From Eledone cirrhosa (Eukaryota): a stretch of 64,000 bases of DNA. Below the pieces are notes generated by a model. It was given only the letters and a program-made list of their open reading frames with translations. It did no database searches and had not been told where the DNA came from. Location of the stretch: the NCBI GenBank assembly GCA_964016885.1, contig OZ024743.1, positions 63,488,001-63,552,000 of the forward strand, read 5' to 3'. Numbering within the stretch: position 1 is the stretch's first letter; each line of letters begins with the position of its first letter. Below, in pieces: positions 11,746 through 24,770 of the stretch. The position numbers and the translations under genes are program-made.

Positions 11746-12099
11746 CCTCCAGCCACAATATAATTAACAGAATTTCGTCTTGGAATTCCACCAAATTTTT
11801 CAATATCATTTATTTTCTTTTATTTTTTCCTTTTCCCCCTACTTAATTATATATTTCACCTCTTACTGAGAAGCCTTTATCTTAGATTTTTTCTTAACCT
11901 CTCTTTCCCTCCTATGTGAAAATACACCTGTATTATTTCAACAAAATGAGCGGCGGGGGATGGGGTGTAAATTACAAAATTGTAAGAAAGGGGAAAATAT
12001 ATTTTAAAACCAAAATTAATATAAAAATAATAACTGGATGAAAATAAAACTATATGCAACTACACTATAGTGCCAGGAACCACTCATTTGTTTAAAGGC

Positions 12100-12580
12100 C
12101 ACCTCCATAACCCGACACTTGCTCTCCCACAGTGGGATGACTCTCCCCCCAGGCAAGCAACATGTAACCTACTACCCCCTCCTTACCCATTCCCATCACT
12201 ACTTTCCTCAGCCTGGCCAAGAACACAATGAGTGCTCTTCTGTTATAAGGTGATAGTGTTGGTGCCACAATAAAACACACAGATCACTCTGTGAAGTGAT
12301 AGTGCCGGTGCCATGATAAAACACACTCAGATCACTCTGTAAGTTGGTAGTGCTGGTGTCATGACAAAAATAAATCACCCAGTCCACCTTGTGCAATGGA
12401 AGTGCTGGTCCATGATAAAATGATCCCAGTATGTGCTGTAAAGTGGCTGGTGTTAGGAAAGACATCCAGCCATAGAAACCAAGACAAAAACGGAATGCAT
12501 AAGCAAGATATAGCCTCTTGACCAGTCTAGTCTCAAATCATGACAACCTGTCTAACCCATACATGCATGGAAACATCATT
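12100..12580 (+). mobile_element. Old RTE 3'UTR remnant with degenerate ~48-bp subunits
   Basis: repeated ctgtaag..gtagtgctggtg..atgataaaa units ending in ggtgttaggaaagacatccagc. Confidence 0.6.
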
Positions 12581-12922
12581 GCAAATTATCTATATAACTG
12601 ATTGAAGTTTAATTAAGAATACAACTACAGCAAAAAGCTGCCAAAAATAAGGGACCCTATGTGTATGAAGACCTATGAGGCCTGTATTTTAAAGACATTT
12701 TCGCTGCTAAAGTAAGGGTTAGCCTTACAGGCCCTATGACAGACTTATATTGATCATGGGTTTTTTTTAGGTGTTTTACAGTTGGATCCCTTCTTGGTGT
12801 CAATTCTTTTTGTCACCTCTTATGACATGCAGGACTTACGGTGTATCTATTCTTATTCATATACACCCAGTTACAGTTTATAGAATAGGATTTCTCAATC
12901 TTATTTCTAACCATGCTTTGGT

Positions 12923-12960
<38 letters not shown>

Positions 12961-12965
<5 letters not shown>

Positions 12966-13214
12966 GTAGAACACTGGAAGGTAATATCCGTAGTGGTAGA
13001 GCACTCAGTCCATGGTGCGAGTTAGGTAGAAGTGGTTACACAACAGTTAGTTCACCATACCGAGAACAATTGTTTCACCTTAGCGGATCCTCGACTCATA
13101 ATGGACATGGTTATATATATATGTTCCATATAACCATGTCCATTACGAGCTGAGGATCCGCTAAGGTAAAACAATTGTTCTCGGTATAGTGAACTAACTG
13201 TTGTGTAACCACTT
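12961..13214. mobile_element. Penelope-like pLTR remnant with 87-bp fold-back, each arm carrying a hammerhead copy
   Basis: arms 13030-13116/13128-13214; consensus cgag-CTGAGGA-tcc-gctaa-ggt-GAAA-caattg-TT-ctcg; (TA)n on both sides. Confidence 0.7.
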
Positions 13215-13236
13215 ATATATATATATATATATATAT

Positions 13237-15362
13237 GAGACAGAGAGTGACCTGGTGGTTGAACAGCACAGTAGATAAGGCTATTAGAGACAAAAGACTA
13301 GCATGGAAGGCTTGGAAAAAGGGTGGGAGTAGGGAAGAATATACAGCCACTAAGAGAGAAGCTAGACGTCAGGTGTACATAGCACGCAGGGAGGCAGAGA
13401 GTAGGAGGTTTGCCAATGTTCTTCGACGGGAAGATCAGAGGCGTGCGGTGTTCCACATTGCAAGGCAGTGTGTCAATGCAAATCAGGATGTTGTTGGAGA
13501 TAAATGTATCCAGGATGATGCCGGTGTACTTAGTGTCACGAATGACCAGAAAAAGGAGGCCTGGAAATGTCATTATGAGAGACTGATGAATGTGGAGAAC
13601 GAATGGGAGAGAGAGAAATTACCCTTGGTAGATCCGACAGAGGGACCAGCTATTGAGATTGACGAATATAGGGCCCAAGAGGCGATTAGGGAAATGAAAA
13701 ATGGTAAGGCGGCCGGACCATCGGGAATAGTTGCTGAGATGCTGAAGGCATCAGGGGACGTAGGCACTAAACTGGTTGCACGCATCATCAATCAGGCTAT
13801 ATATGGTGGTGTCATACCCAAAGACTGGTGCAACAGTATTCTCATAAATTGCTACAAAGGTAAAGGGGATGCTTTGGAGAGGAGCAATTATAGGGGTATA
13901 AAACTGATAGATCAGGTTATGAAAGTGGCAGAAAGGATATTAGCACAACTAATTAGAGAAAGGGTCAAACTAGATGAGATGCAGTTTGGTTTTGTGCCTG
14001 GGAAGAGTACAACAGATGCCCTCTTCTTGGTGAGACAAATGCAAGAGAGGTTCTTAGAGAAGAATAAGCCACTATACTTAGCCTTTGTTGACCTAGAGAA
14101 GGCCTTTGATAGGGTACCCCGATCTGTCATCTGGTGGTCCCTAAGTAAACTAGGTGTTGAGGAATGGCTTGTGAGGACAGTGCAAACTTTGTACAGAGGT
14201 GCTGTCAGTAAAGTCAGGGTAGGAATGGAGTTTAGTGAGGAATTCCAGATACAAGTAGGAGTACATCAGGGTTCGGCCCTCAGCCCGCTCTTGTTCATTA
14301 TAGTCCTCCAAGCCATAACAGAGGAGTTTAAAACTGGCTGTCCATGGGAACTTCTCTATGCTGACGATCTGGCTCTTATAGCAGAATCAGTAGAGGAGCT
14401 AGAGAATAAATTCCGGCTATGGAAACAGCAGTTGGAAGCAAGAGGACTGAGAGTAAATCTAGCTAAGACAAAAGTGTTGATGAGTAGAAAAGAGGACAAA
14501 ACCCTGATTCCGTCAGGGAAATGGCCATGTTCGATATGCAGAAAAGGAACTGGCATAAATTCTATAAAATGCACACAATGCAGGTCCTGGGTACACAAGA
14601 GATGTAGCGGGATAGCAGGCAAACTAACAGGTAGGGAGAAATATGTATGCAGTAGATATACAGGGAAATCAGACAGTAGAAGTCGCACTGATAGACACAT
14701 TTTTCAAATGTGAGAGGGCGCTATAGAAGTGGTGGATAGCTTCCGGTACCTAGGAGATCAGATTAGCATGGGAGGAGGGTGTTCCGAGGCCATAGTATCT
14801 AGAATAAGGACGGGTTGGAAGAAGTTTAGGGAGCTGCTTCCTCTGTTGATGAAGAAGGGTTTCTCCCTGCGTACGAAAGGCCGGTTATATGATGCCTGTG
14901 TGAGGAGCGCGATGCTGCATGGTAGTGAGACATGGGCAGCAACCGCAGAGGATATGCGACGGCTGGAGAGAAATGAGGCAAGCATGCTCCATTGGATGTG
15001 CAGTGTAAATGTGCGTGAACGACCCAGCATAAATGTGTTGAGAGAGAAACTGTGTCTGAGAGGGATAGAATGTAGTGTACGGGAGAGGAGACTGAGGTGT
15101 TATGGACATGTGATGCGCATGGAGGATGACCGATGGGTGAAGAAGTGCCAGGAAATGCCAGTTGAAGGAAGACGTGGTAGAGGTATACCACGAAAAACAT
15201 GGGCGGAGGTGGTGAGAACAGACCTCAGATCATTGAAGCTCACGGTGGAGATGACGAGGGACCGTGACGAGTGGAGAGATGCTGTGCTGAATAAGACCCG
15301 TCCCACCCTTGCAAGCAGGGAAAAGCGGACGTTTAAATGATGATGATGATGATGCTGATGAT
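13237..15362 (+). mobile_element. RTE LINE family B, 5'-truncated (RT plus PHD-like finger; one frameshift near 14700)
   Basis: ORFs 13235..14713 and 14729..15340 with QFGF, FVDLEKAFD, GVHQGSALSP, LYADD, FRYLG; essentially no 3'UTR; (GAT)n tail. Confidence 0.95.
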
Positions 15363-15894
15363 GAGAGTGAGCCACACACACTAACTACAAGTTGTAAGCA
15401 TTGTATCCTTGAATAAGACACTTTATTTTATGTAACTCCAGTCCATTCAGCTAGCAGAAGGGAGCTATACCTGTGTTTCAAAGGTCCAGCTTTGTCATAC
15501 TGAATATCCTTGAGAACTATGTTAAGGGTACATATGCAGATTGTTCCATTGTTTGAACAACTAGAACAGTTGTCATTGTATCTAACAGATGTCCAACGCA
15601 TATACACACACACACACACATAACGATGGGAATAATTTATATTTTCCCAGAACAAACAGACTTGATAATGGCTGGTGACTTAAATGTACTTGTTGGACAT
15701 GGTACAAGAAATGGAGAGGAATCAAGGCACTTGAGTCCTGAGAAATTGCAACACTAACTTCAGAAAAGAAAAACCAGTCGGCCACCAATTGTTTACCTAC
15801 CAAATAAGTGGACAGGTAAACCAGATAGACTTGCATACTCAACAAGAAACAAGATAAATAGAGGTTTATATACTTAATAGTGTGTTATATGGAT

Positions 15895-16210
15895 GCAGCA
15901 TGGCTGAAGGGTTAAGGAGTTCACATCACAATCATTAGGTCTGGGGTTCAATTCTACTATGTGGCATCTTGGGTAAGTGTCATTTACCATAGCCTCAGAT
16001 GGACCCATACCTTGTGAATGAAACTGGGTAGAGAGAAACTGTTTGGAACCCTTTGGATGGACAGTACACTGTGTCATGCTGAATCTCCCTGAGAATTACA
16101 TTAAAAGTACATGTGTCTGTGGAAGACTCAGCCATTTACATGTTAATTTCAGGAACAGGCTGTTCCATTGATTGATCAACTGGAACATTCATCGTTAACA
16201 TTGGTGGAGG
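15895..16210 (+). mobile_element. Degraded tRNA-derived SINE
   Basis: TGGCTGAAGGGTTAAG / GGTTCAATTCT boxes; body similar to 15400-15600. Confidence 0.55.
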
Positions 16211-16444
16211 TCCATTCCAGAGTCTTACATGTGATGGGTAATTTTTTGGAGTATACGTTTGCTGCTGTATGTAGTAACATCAGGTAATGTTACATAGGTA
16301 AAATTATAAAAAAAATTTTTTTTCAAATTTCATGTAGCTTACACGAAATGAAATGAATACTAATTTTGTAAATGAAAGTATTTGTTAATTTAAAATATGA
16401 TAAACATAACAAATAAAAATAAAAATTAATAAACAACTTAGTCG

Positions 16445-16640
16445 AAGGCATGTGGCTGAGTGGTTAGAGAATTGGATTCACAATCGTGAGGTTGTGAGTT
16501 CGATTCCCAGACCGGGCGATGCGTTATTTCCTTGAGCAAGACACTTTATTTCACGTTGCTCCTTCTACCTGGAGTTGCGACCGATAGATAGTATTAGCAA
16601 TTGGAAAGACCAATGGAAACATTGTTTCCTTGGTCCGATT
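16445..16640 (+). mobile_element. tRNA-derived SINE (family S1)
   Basis: TGGCTGAGTGGTTAGA, GAGTTCGATTCC, ccttgagcaagacactttatttcac. Confidence 0.85.
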
Positions 16641-16794
16641 TGATGAAAGTCGATCGTTCCTTTTTTAGTCGATTATAATAATAATACCATATGAGAAGTC
16701 AGTAGCCCCATTTAAGTGTTGCCAGTTTGTGAAAACCCATCCAACTTTTGCTAGGAGGGAAAACAAACATTAAATTATGATGATGATTTATATA

Positions 16795-17566
16795 TCATCA
16801 TCATCATCACTGTTTTACGTCCATTCTTCCACACTAGCATGGGTTACACGAGTGGTCCTGTTGTGGGCAATGCCAGGTCAGGTGACCATGTCGTGCTCAT
16901 ACTGAACTGATTTTGGCTAGGTTTCTACAGCTGGATGCTCTTCCTAACACCATCCTCATTTACAGTGAGCACTGGATGCTTTTTACTGTGGCGCCTACAT
17001 TATCACTTTACAGTGTGGACTGGGTGATTTATTGTCATGACACCTACACGACCACTTTACAGTGGGAAGGAGGTGGGGGCATATTGTCTATATGCTTCAG
17101 CTTTGGCTTGTACCCATGGGAAGTCGTGTCTTCTTCTGAATATATATATATATATATCATCATCATCATCATCATCAACGTTTAACGTCCGTGTTCCACG
17201 CTTGCATGGGTTTGGACGGGGGTTTTCCCACTTGAGGCAAGAGTGATTGTCTTGCTCGCATAGGACTGTCTGGCGGGTTTTCTACAGCTGGATGCCCTTC
17301 CTAACACCAACCACATTTACAGTGTGGGGCTGGGAGGTTTTTACCGTGTTGCCTACACGGCCACATTACAGCGTGGACTGTCTGGCAGGTTTTCTACAGC
17401 TGGATGCCCTTCCTAACACCAACCACATTTACAGTGTGGGGCTGGGAGGTTTTTACCGTGTTGCCTACACGGCCACATTACAACGTGGACTGTCTGGCAG
17501 GTTTTCTACAGCTGGATGCCCTTCCTAACACCAACCACATTTACAGTGTGGGGCTGGGAGGTTTTA
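16795..17566 (-). mobile_element. Two RTE 3' end fragments; the second has a 112-bp 3'UTR segment repeated ~3 times
   Basis: (CAT)n tails at 16795 and 17158; tggatgcccttcctaacacc at 112-bp spacing. Confidence 0.85.
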
Positions 17567-17834
17567 TATGTATATGTATATGTATATATGTACATGCTAT
17601 GCAATAATACAGAAGACCTGCCTATGTACAAAGCGAAACCTACAGTCAGTAGGCACCTCTTAACCAAATATACACCCCAATCCACTACCCTTACCCTATC
17701 CTCCCACTCCCACCAACACCACCCTCTCTCTATAAAGTTGGTACCACAACATCCAGTCCAAATAAATGAAATAATGAGATTGAGATCGTGCAGGTGTCAC
17801 GAGAAAAAACACACAGTCCAAGTAGTTCACAGAG

Positions 17835-19535
17835 ATGGATTAGAGCCGGAAAGATCATCAGCAAGAGGGCCTTTCAAATTGCAAAAGATCTCACAAGCAG
17901 AGACATTCAAAAGTCAGCACCATCCAAAACAAGCAAGGAAAATGCCATTAGACCCATGGGATACCTCAGTGTGCTTATCAGTCACGGAGCATCAAACGAG
18001 GATGACTTCCAAATCCTGTGTGAAAAAGTGGAGACAGCAATAAAATCACTGAAAACTGGAAAAGCTGCTGGTACAAACAACATTCCAGCAAAACTGATAA
18101 AGCATGAAGGAGAGGCAGTGATTGACATTCTCACCAGAATTTGCAACAAGATCTGGCAAAATAGAGAGTGGCCAACACCTTGGCCTCAGTCACTCATTAT
18201 CACACTCCCCAAGAAAAGCAATCTACAACACTGCCAACATTATAGAACCATCAGCCTTATCAGCCACTGAAGCAAAGTGTTACTAAAAGTCATCCTGAAT
18301 AGGCTGAAGTCACAAACTGAGGAAATCATTGCAGAAGAGCAGGCTGGTTTCTGTTGTGGAAGGAACACCACAGAGCAGATTTTCAATCTGAGAGTTCTAT
18401 GCAAGAAGTACATCCAACACCAACAGGATCTTTACCACATATTCATTGACTTCAAGAAAGCCTTTGAAAGGGCACGGCATGATGCACTGTGGGCATCGAA
18501 GAAGAAATATAACAAAAGCTCATTCACACCACACAACAGCTGTATGCAAAAGCCTCAAGTGCAGTACCTGTCCAAGGCACAATGAGGGACTGGTTCCACA
18601 TATCAGTAGGCATCTCACAAGGCTGTCTCCTCTTCCTGAGATTGTTCAACATCTTCCTTGAGCAAATCATGACTGATGCCCTAGAAGACAATCCTGGGAC
18701 AATCAATATAGGAGGATGAATTGTCACAAACCCCAGGTTCACTGATGACATCGACGAGCTAGCTGGAAGTGAAGAAGAACTCGCTGAGCTGGTGAATTGC
18801 TTAGATGTAAGTTCTGCTAGATATGGCATGGAGCACTGAGAAAACCAAGCTGATGACAAACACCACAAAGCCAATAAAGAGAAGGATCACAATCAGTGGT
18901 CAAGAGCTGGAGACTGTGATGCAGTTCAAGTACCATCATCAGTCAAGAGGGATCAAAACCAGAGGTCCTTGCAAGGAGTGCTCTAACATCCACAGCACTT
19001 ACTAAGCTGAAACCTCTCTAGAGAGACAAAAACACCACTCTTAGATGCAAACTAAAACTCCTGCGTGTGTTGTTCCTATCCATCTTTCTATAGGCATGTG
19101 AGTCATGGACTCTGACCACTGAACTGCAAAGACAGATCCAAACAGTGGAGATGAGATGCTATAGAAGAATCTGGGAATCTCCTACACAGATTACATCCTG
19201 AATGAGGAGGTCTGCAACAGAATCCTCCAGCATGTGAGCTACTATTAAGATCTGCTGACCACGGTGAAGAGGATGAAGCTGAGGTGGTATGAGCATGTAA
19301 CAAGATTGGATGGACTCTCTAAGACAATTCTCTAAGGAACAGTGTGGGGAAAGAGAAGGTGGAACAGACAAGGGAAGTGGTGGATAGACAACATAGCTCA
19401 GTGGATGGGTAAGAACTTTGCCACAACCCAAGCACTCGCCCATGACCACCAGAGATGGGGGCAGTTGGTGCAGAGTTCAACACTGCAGTGTCCCAATGAC
19501 TCCAAAAAGGTTAAGGGACCCTAATGATGATGATG
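17835..19535 (+). mobile_element. RTE LINE family C (BovB-like, no PHD), degraded
   Basis: AIKSLKTGKAAG, LPKKSNLQHCQHYRTISLISH, EEQAGF, FIDFKKAF, FTDD; (GAT)n tail. Confidence 0.9.
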
Positions 19536-19831
19536 CATCAGTAATCAACAAAAATTATAAGCTTTCTCTTATCAAAACACAAATTCCCTAGTTTGTATGA
19601 TTGTTCATATATCTAGTAATCATGGCATTATAAGGTATACCAATCCTCGACTCCCAATATTAAATATGTTCAATGCCATTGCCATCATTATTGATGACAT
19701 TTGTCCACTAGTATCTTTATAATTCCCCATAGCTAAAACCATTCATAATATTCTTCATACTCAAACACTATAAATATACTATTAAATAAATTGACAATTT
19801 GAGAGAAAAAAAGCAAGAGAAGTGGAATATA

Positions 19832-20306
19832 CCGTATATTCTCGTATATTAGCTGAGAAATATGTTACAAAGAAAAATCGATGGCAAAATGGGGGAGGAC
19901 TTCAAAATTTTACATAAATGAGGTGCTAAATATTTTAGTTTTGAAGGTAAATATTATACCAACTTCACTTTTGTCGTGAAATTCGTATTTACTATTGTTT
20001 TTGATATGATTTGAATGAATATGGTCTTCAAAATGGTCAGATATTGGTAGAAAATCATTATGTAATGGAGTTGTGAAACAAAAACTATTCTCTAAACGAC
20101 ACTTAAAACATTTTAAATATCAAAATATTAAAACTTCATAAATATATTCTCCACTCATGAGAATTTCAAAACCACACCATCTAAACATAATATGTTGATT
20201 ACCTGCCTCGGTTTATAAGTGGGGTTTGGATTTTTGCTTATTTCTCAAATATAAAATAGGGAGTCGACTTATATATTTAGATCAGCTAATTTTCGAGTAT
20301 ATATGC
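19832..20306. mobile_element. Tc1/mariner-pogo-type MITE
   Basis: TA-CCGTATATTCTCG ... CGAGTATATATGC-TA degenerate TIRs with TA flanks; relative at 31920-32457. Confidence 0.6.
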
Positions 20307-21440
20307 TACATTTTACTATATGTATATTCAATTTGACAAGAAGAAAAGGTGGAAGGAAAACATTACTTTTTACAAATGTTATAAGTATCCACACTTTGTT
20401 CATAAGTTCCTTTATTAATTTGATACCAAACCACCTGAAACTACCCCTGATTCTATAATAAAAAAAAATATATATATATAAACTGTTTAAAAGAGTTCAT
20501 ATTTATATTTAAACCTCCCATTATAATTTTATGTTAGAACCTTTTGTTCATAATGAGAAGGTTAGTTACATTACTAAACCCTCCCAAATTTTCAATTATT
20601 TTAAAAATTAATCAAAACACTTAGGCAGTCTGTTATATTCAAAATATAGTAATGAAAGGTTTAAAAATATTTAAATAATCTGAGCTTCCCTTCATCTATG
20701 CCAACCCATTTCGGCCAAATGCCCCCTTTTACCCCTCAAAATCACGAAACGCCCCCCCCCCCCTCCTATTTTTCCATTTTTCAATATACTACTGATTTTG
20801 ATATCAGTAGATTACTGGGCCAAATCAAGTAATGTTAGAATCTTTAAAAATATCTTTAAAAAATACTCGTACAAATTAAATACAAACAAGTTTCAGTCCA
20901 AAACAAAAGCAAGCTATTTCAAATTATATATTTTTGAAAAATAGATCTGAATGTTCTCAAAGATTTGATCTCAGTCGAAAAAGTTTTTTTTTTTAATTCT
21001 CTATTTCACTGTTAGCTGTTGTAATATTTTGAGTGGACAGACAATTCTACAATTCAAACTGTAAAGTCAAAATACAAAAGATGCAAAATATGAAGAATTT
21101 CTTACCTTTCTCTTGAATCACAAACTCAAGGGAAAAATAGTACCTTGCAAAATAAAGTGCCTTGATCACAAACTTAGTTGCAACGAATGAATTGAGATGC
21201 TTAGTGACAGTGAGCAAACAATATCTGTATCCATTATATATATATATATATACATAGGTAGATACACACACACACATATATGCGCATGCGCACACACACA
21301 CAAACAAACTTGTGTGTGTCTGTGTGTGCCTTGTTTTTGGTACAGAAAGAATTTTGTCTCCAGTTTTTATTGCCGGGTCAAAGGCTACTGCTCTTTTCAA
21401 CAACATCAAGTAACAACGCCATATATATATATATATATAT

Positions 21441-22007
21441 GAATGTATATATATATAGTGTATTTTGCAATACACTGTATGCTTAATTAAAATCATTTCG
21501 AAGACCTTACGCTATTGTTTTAGAGTAGTGAGAGTCTCACTTACTTTAATTTTCAGCAAACAGGGGAGATAAAGCTGACAGAGCTCTGTTTCGCACTTTT
21601 TGGTGCTTATCAAAGCTAAGTACTCCGCCTGTTTGCTGAAAATCATGAATGTTTGATTCTTATAGAATTCTATTAATAATCAGGAACTGATTATACAGAG
21701 CGGTTGCCGGTCAAGCAGAAATTGAAAATTAGAATTGGTGCTCTGAAATAGCGATATATATATATATGAATGTATATATAGTGTATTTTGCAGGCGGAGT
21801 ACTTAGCTTTGATAAGCACCAAAAAGTGCGATCACAGAGCTCTGTCAGCTTTATCTCCCCTGTTTGCTGAAAATTAAAGTAAGTGAGACTGTCACTACTC
21901 TAAAACAATAGCGTAAGGTCTTCGAAATGTTTTTAATTAAGCATACAGTGTATTGCAAAATACACTATATATACATTCATATATATATCGCTATTTCAGA
22001 GTACCAA

Positions 22008-22013
<6 letters not shown>
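21441..22013. mobile_element. Hammerhead-bearing ~321-327-bp retrozyme/Penelope-like unit: about 1.1 tandem monomers (minus sense) plus inverted partial copy
   Basis: direct recurrence at 21441/21768; 21791-22013 inverted; (TA)n both sides; homologue at 33128. Confidence 0.85.
21549..21643 (-). ncRNA. Type-I hammerhead ribozyme, U3-A8 core variant
   Basis: agct-TTGATAA-gcac-caaaaa-gtgc-GAAA-cagagctctg-TC-agct (21573-21617) enclosed by a 16-bp distal stem I. Confidence 0.8.
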
Positions 22014-22091
<78 letters not shown>

Positions 22092-22274
22092 AAGAGAGAG
22101 AAAGAGGGAGAGACAGAGAGACAGAGAGAGTAAGAAATGTGTGTGTGTGGGTGTTTAGTATCTATCTATCTATCTATCTCTCCAACAGGGGGCTCAAACA
22201 TGCGCTGCACGAACTACTTTTCTATGGCCCGTGGTAGAACCAATATTTCAGATTCCATTATAACTGGTGAAAAT

Positions 22275-22380
22275 AAGGCAGTGAGCTGGTGGAATCGTTA
22301 GCACATCCGGCGAAATGCTTAGTGGTATTTCTTCTTCTTCCGTTTTTACATTCCAAGTTCAAATTCCGCCAATCTCAACT
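22275..22380 (+). mobile_element. tRNA-derived SINE head (family S2)
   Basis: aggcagtgagctggtggaatcgttagca..aagttcaaattccgcc. Confidence 0.65.
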
Positions 22381-22535
22381 TATATATATATACATAACTT
22401 ATATATATGCATATATACAAGTCGGTTCTTTAATTTTGGTCTATCAAATCCACTCACAGGGCTTTGGTCGGCCCGGCCAGTGGAACTGAACCCGGAAACA
22501 TGTGGTTGGGAAGCAAGCTTCTTGTCACACTGCGC

Positions 22536-22576
<41 letters not shown>

Positions 22577-22780
22577 CAAGTTAGCAATGAAAATAAAAAG
22601 AACAAAGTCAAGTTACTTTATAACTTTGTTTTTATTTTGTTGTTTTTATTTTTATTGTTAATCTAATACCTAATATCTGACTCTGTATCTAAAGAATTAA
22701 TTCAGCGAAACGGAACTTCTCTATGGATTTTACAAGATTACATTGAGTCCTATCAGAGGTAGATGAGACTGAAAAAAGAA

Positions 22781-22811
<31 letters not shown>

Positions 22812-23499
22812 CTACATACATATATACATACATACATTTACCTATGTATATAGCTATGCATTTATACATTTGTATACATACATGCATTTATATTTAAGTG
22901 TGTAAGGATGTTGACATTATTTATCTTTTTTTTTTGGTAAGGAGAAAATTTTGTCTCCAGATTTTATTACCTAGGGAGATTAAATACCACAGCTCTGGCT
23001 GAAAGCTGACCAGGTTCTCAACCTCATCAAATACCAATGCCGGCCTGTGTGTGTATATATGTGTGTGTATGTATGTATGTATGTATGTATGTATGTATGT
23101 ATGTACGTATGCATGTGTGTGTATGATTGTATGTACATATATGTATACACCCAGACCTTTCATCACCATTGCTTCTTTTTCTTGTCGTATCTGTTGTTCT
23201 TGTAACTGTTGTAAAAGTTGTCGTGCCCTTATTTTCACTTTCTTTGATTTCTTTCGTTTTTCTTTTATCTCCCTAGGGAATTGGTTGACAAGCTTCTTTT
23301 ATTTATTTTCTTCATTTTCTTCATTCAAATGCATTCACACTGGCTGTCTCAGAGACGTACAAATATGGCTTATAAAACTCACCTAAGTAAATATCCTAGC
23401 ACCCCCAAAGCTTCAAACACCCCTTAACGACCCCTTGCTCCAAAACGCCCCAGGAGGGGGGAGCATATGCCCCCCCCCCCGTTGAGAACCTTTGATCTA

Positions 23500-23855
23500 T
23501 GCCATGATAAAATGCTCTAAGTCCATTCAATATGTGGTAATGCTGGTGCCAAGATAAAATTCATCTAGTGCACTTTGTAAAGTGGCAGCACTTGTGCCAT
23601 AACAAAATCCACCCAGTACACTCTCTAAAGTGGTAATACTGGTTTCACGACAAAGGCACTCAATACATTCTGTAAAGGGATAGTGCTTGGACAAGGAAAT
23701 GAACCAAGTACACTCTGTAAAGTGGTAGTGCTGATGCCATGGTAAAATACATCCAGTACTCTGTAAAGTGGTAGTATTGGAGTCACAATAAAATGCAGCT
23801 GGTATAATTTATAAAGTTGTAGTGCTGATGCCATGGTAAAATACACCCAGTACAT
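23500..23855 (+). repeat. Degenerate ~46-48-bp tandem array of RTE 3'UTR origin
   Basis: recurring cagtacactctgtaaagtggtagtgctg. Confidence 0.65.
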
Positions 23856-24510
23856 TATATATATATATATATATATATACATATATATAAAGATTACTAG
23901 ATAGATAGATGGATAAATAGATGGTTGGATAGATGGACAGCAGAGCAGATGGATAGAAAGACAGACCAACGAAAAGACCAACTGATGAACAGACAACTGG
24001 ACAGGAGGATGGATAGATAGACAGACAAGCAGGCAGGTAGGTATGCATTCTACTTGATTTCCAAAGATATTTATAATACAGAAATATATTTTACAATAAT
24101 GAGTTCTCCAAACAAATTTTATATAATTTTAGTTGAGTATATAATTGAAAAGATTAAAAAGATAAAAGCAAGCACAAGATAGACAAACAATGATGCACAC
24201 AGAAATACTGAGATATTAAATTGGACAGACAGTCAAAAAAAGGTAATGTTCTTAGCCTAAGCTGTTTTCCAGAATGTTCTAGATGTATAAAAAAAAACAC
24301 ATTAATAAATTTAAAGAAAAAGTGGATAACACGGTAAAATAAATAAATAAAATAAATGAATAAATAAATAAAATAAAAAAGATATTGATTTTGGAAAGAA
24401 AGGTAAGTTTTCTGAAAAAGAATGATATATATATAAATATATATCCCAATCAGCATGGAAAACAATGCAAAATAATGATAATGATGCTATATGTATGTGT
24501 GTATATGTGT

Positions 24511-24670
24511 CATCATCATCATCATCATCGTTTAATGTCCATCTTCCACGCTTGCATGGGTTTGGACGGGAGTTTTCCCACTTGAGGCAAGATTGGTTGT
24601 CTTGCTCGCATAGGACTGTCTGGCGGGTTTTCTACGGCTGGATGCCCTTCCTAACACCAACCACATTTAC

Positions 24671-24714
<44 letters not shown>

Positions 24715-24735
24715 TATATATATATACACATATAC

Positions 24736-24770
<35 letters not shown>

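Noticed and set aside
16600-16660. GAAA-gaccaa..ttggtc followed by TTGATGA/CTGATGA (also 29838-29881) as a permuted hammerhead
   Set aside because: Stem III register wrong, no stem I or stem II; part of a SINE body hairpin
21059-21105. 47-nt GT-AG intron on the minus strand
   Set aside because: Very short and followed at once by an in-frame stop; not supportable without transcripts
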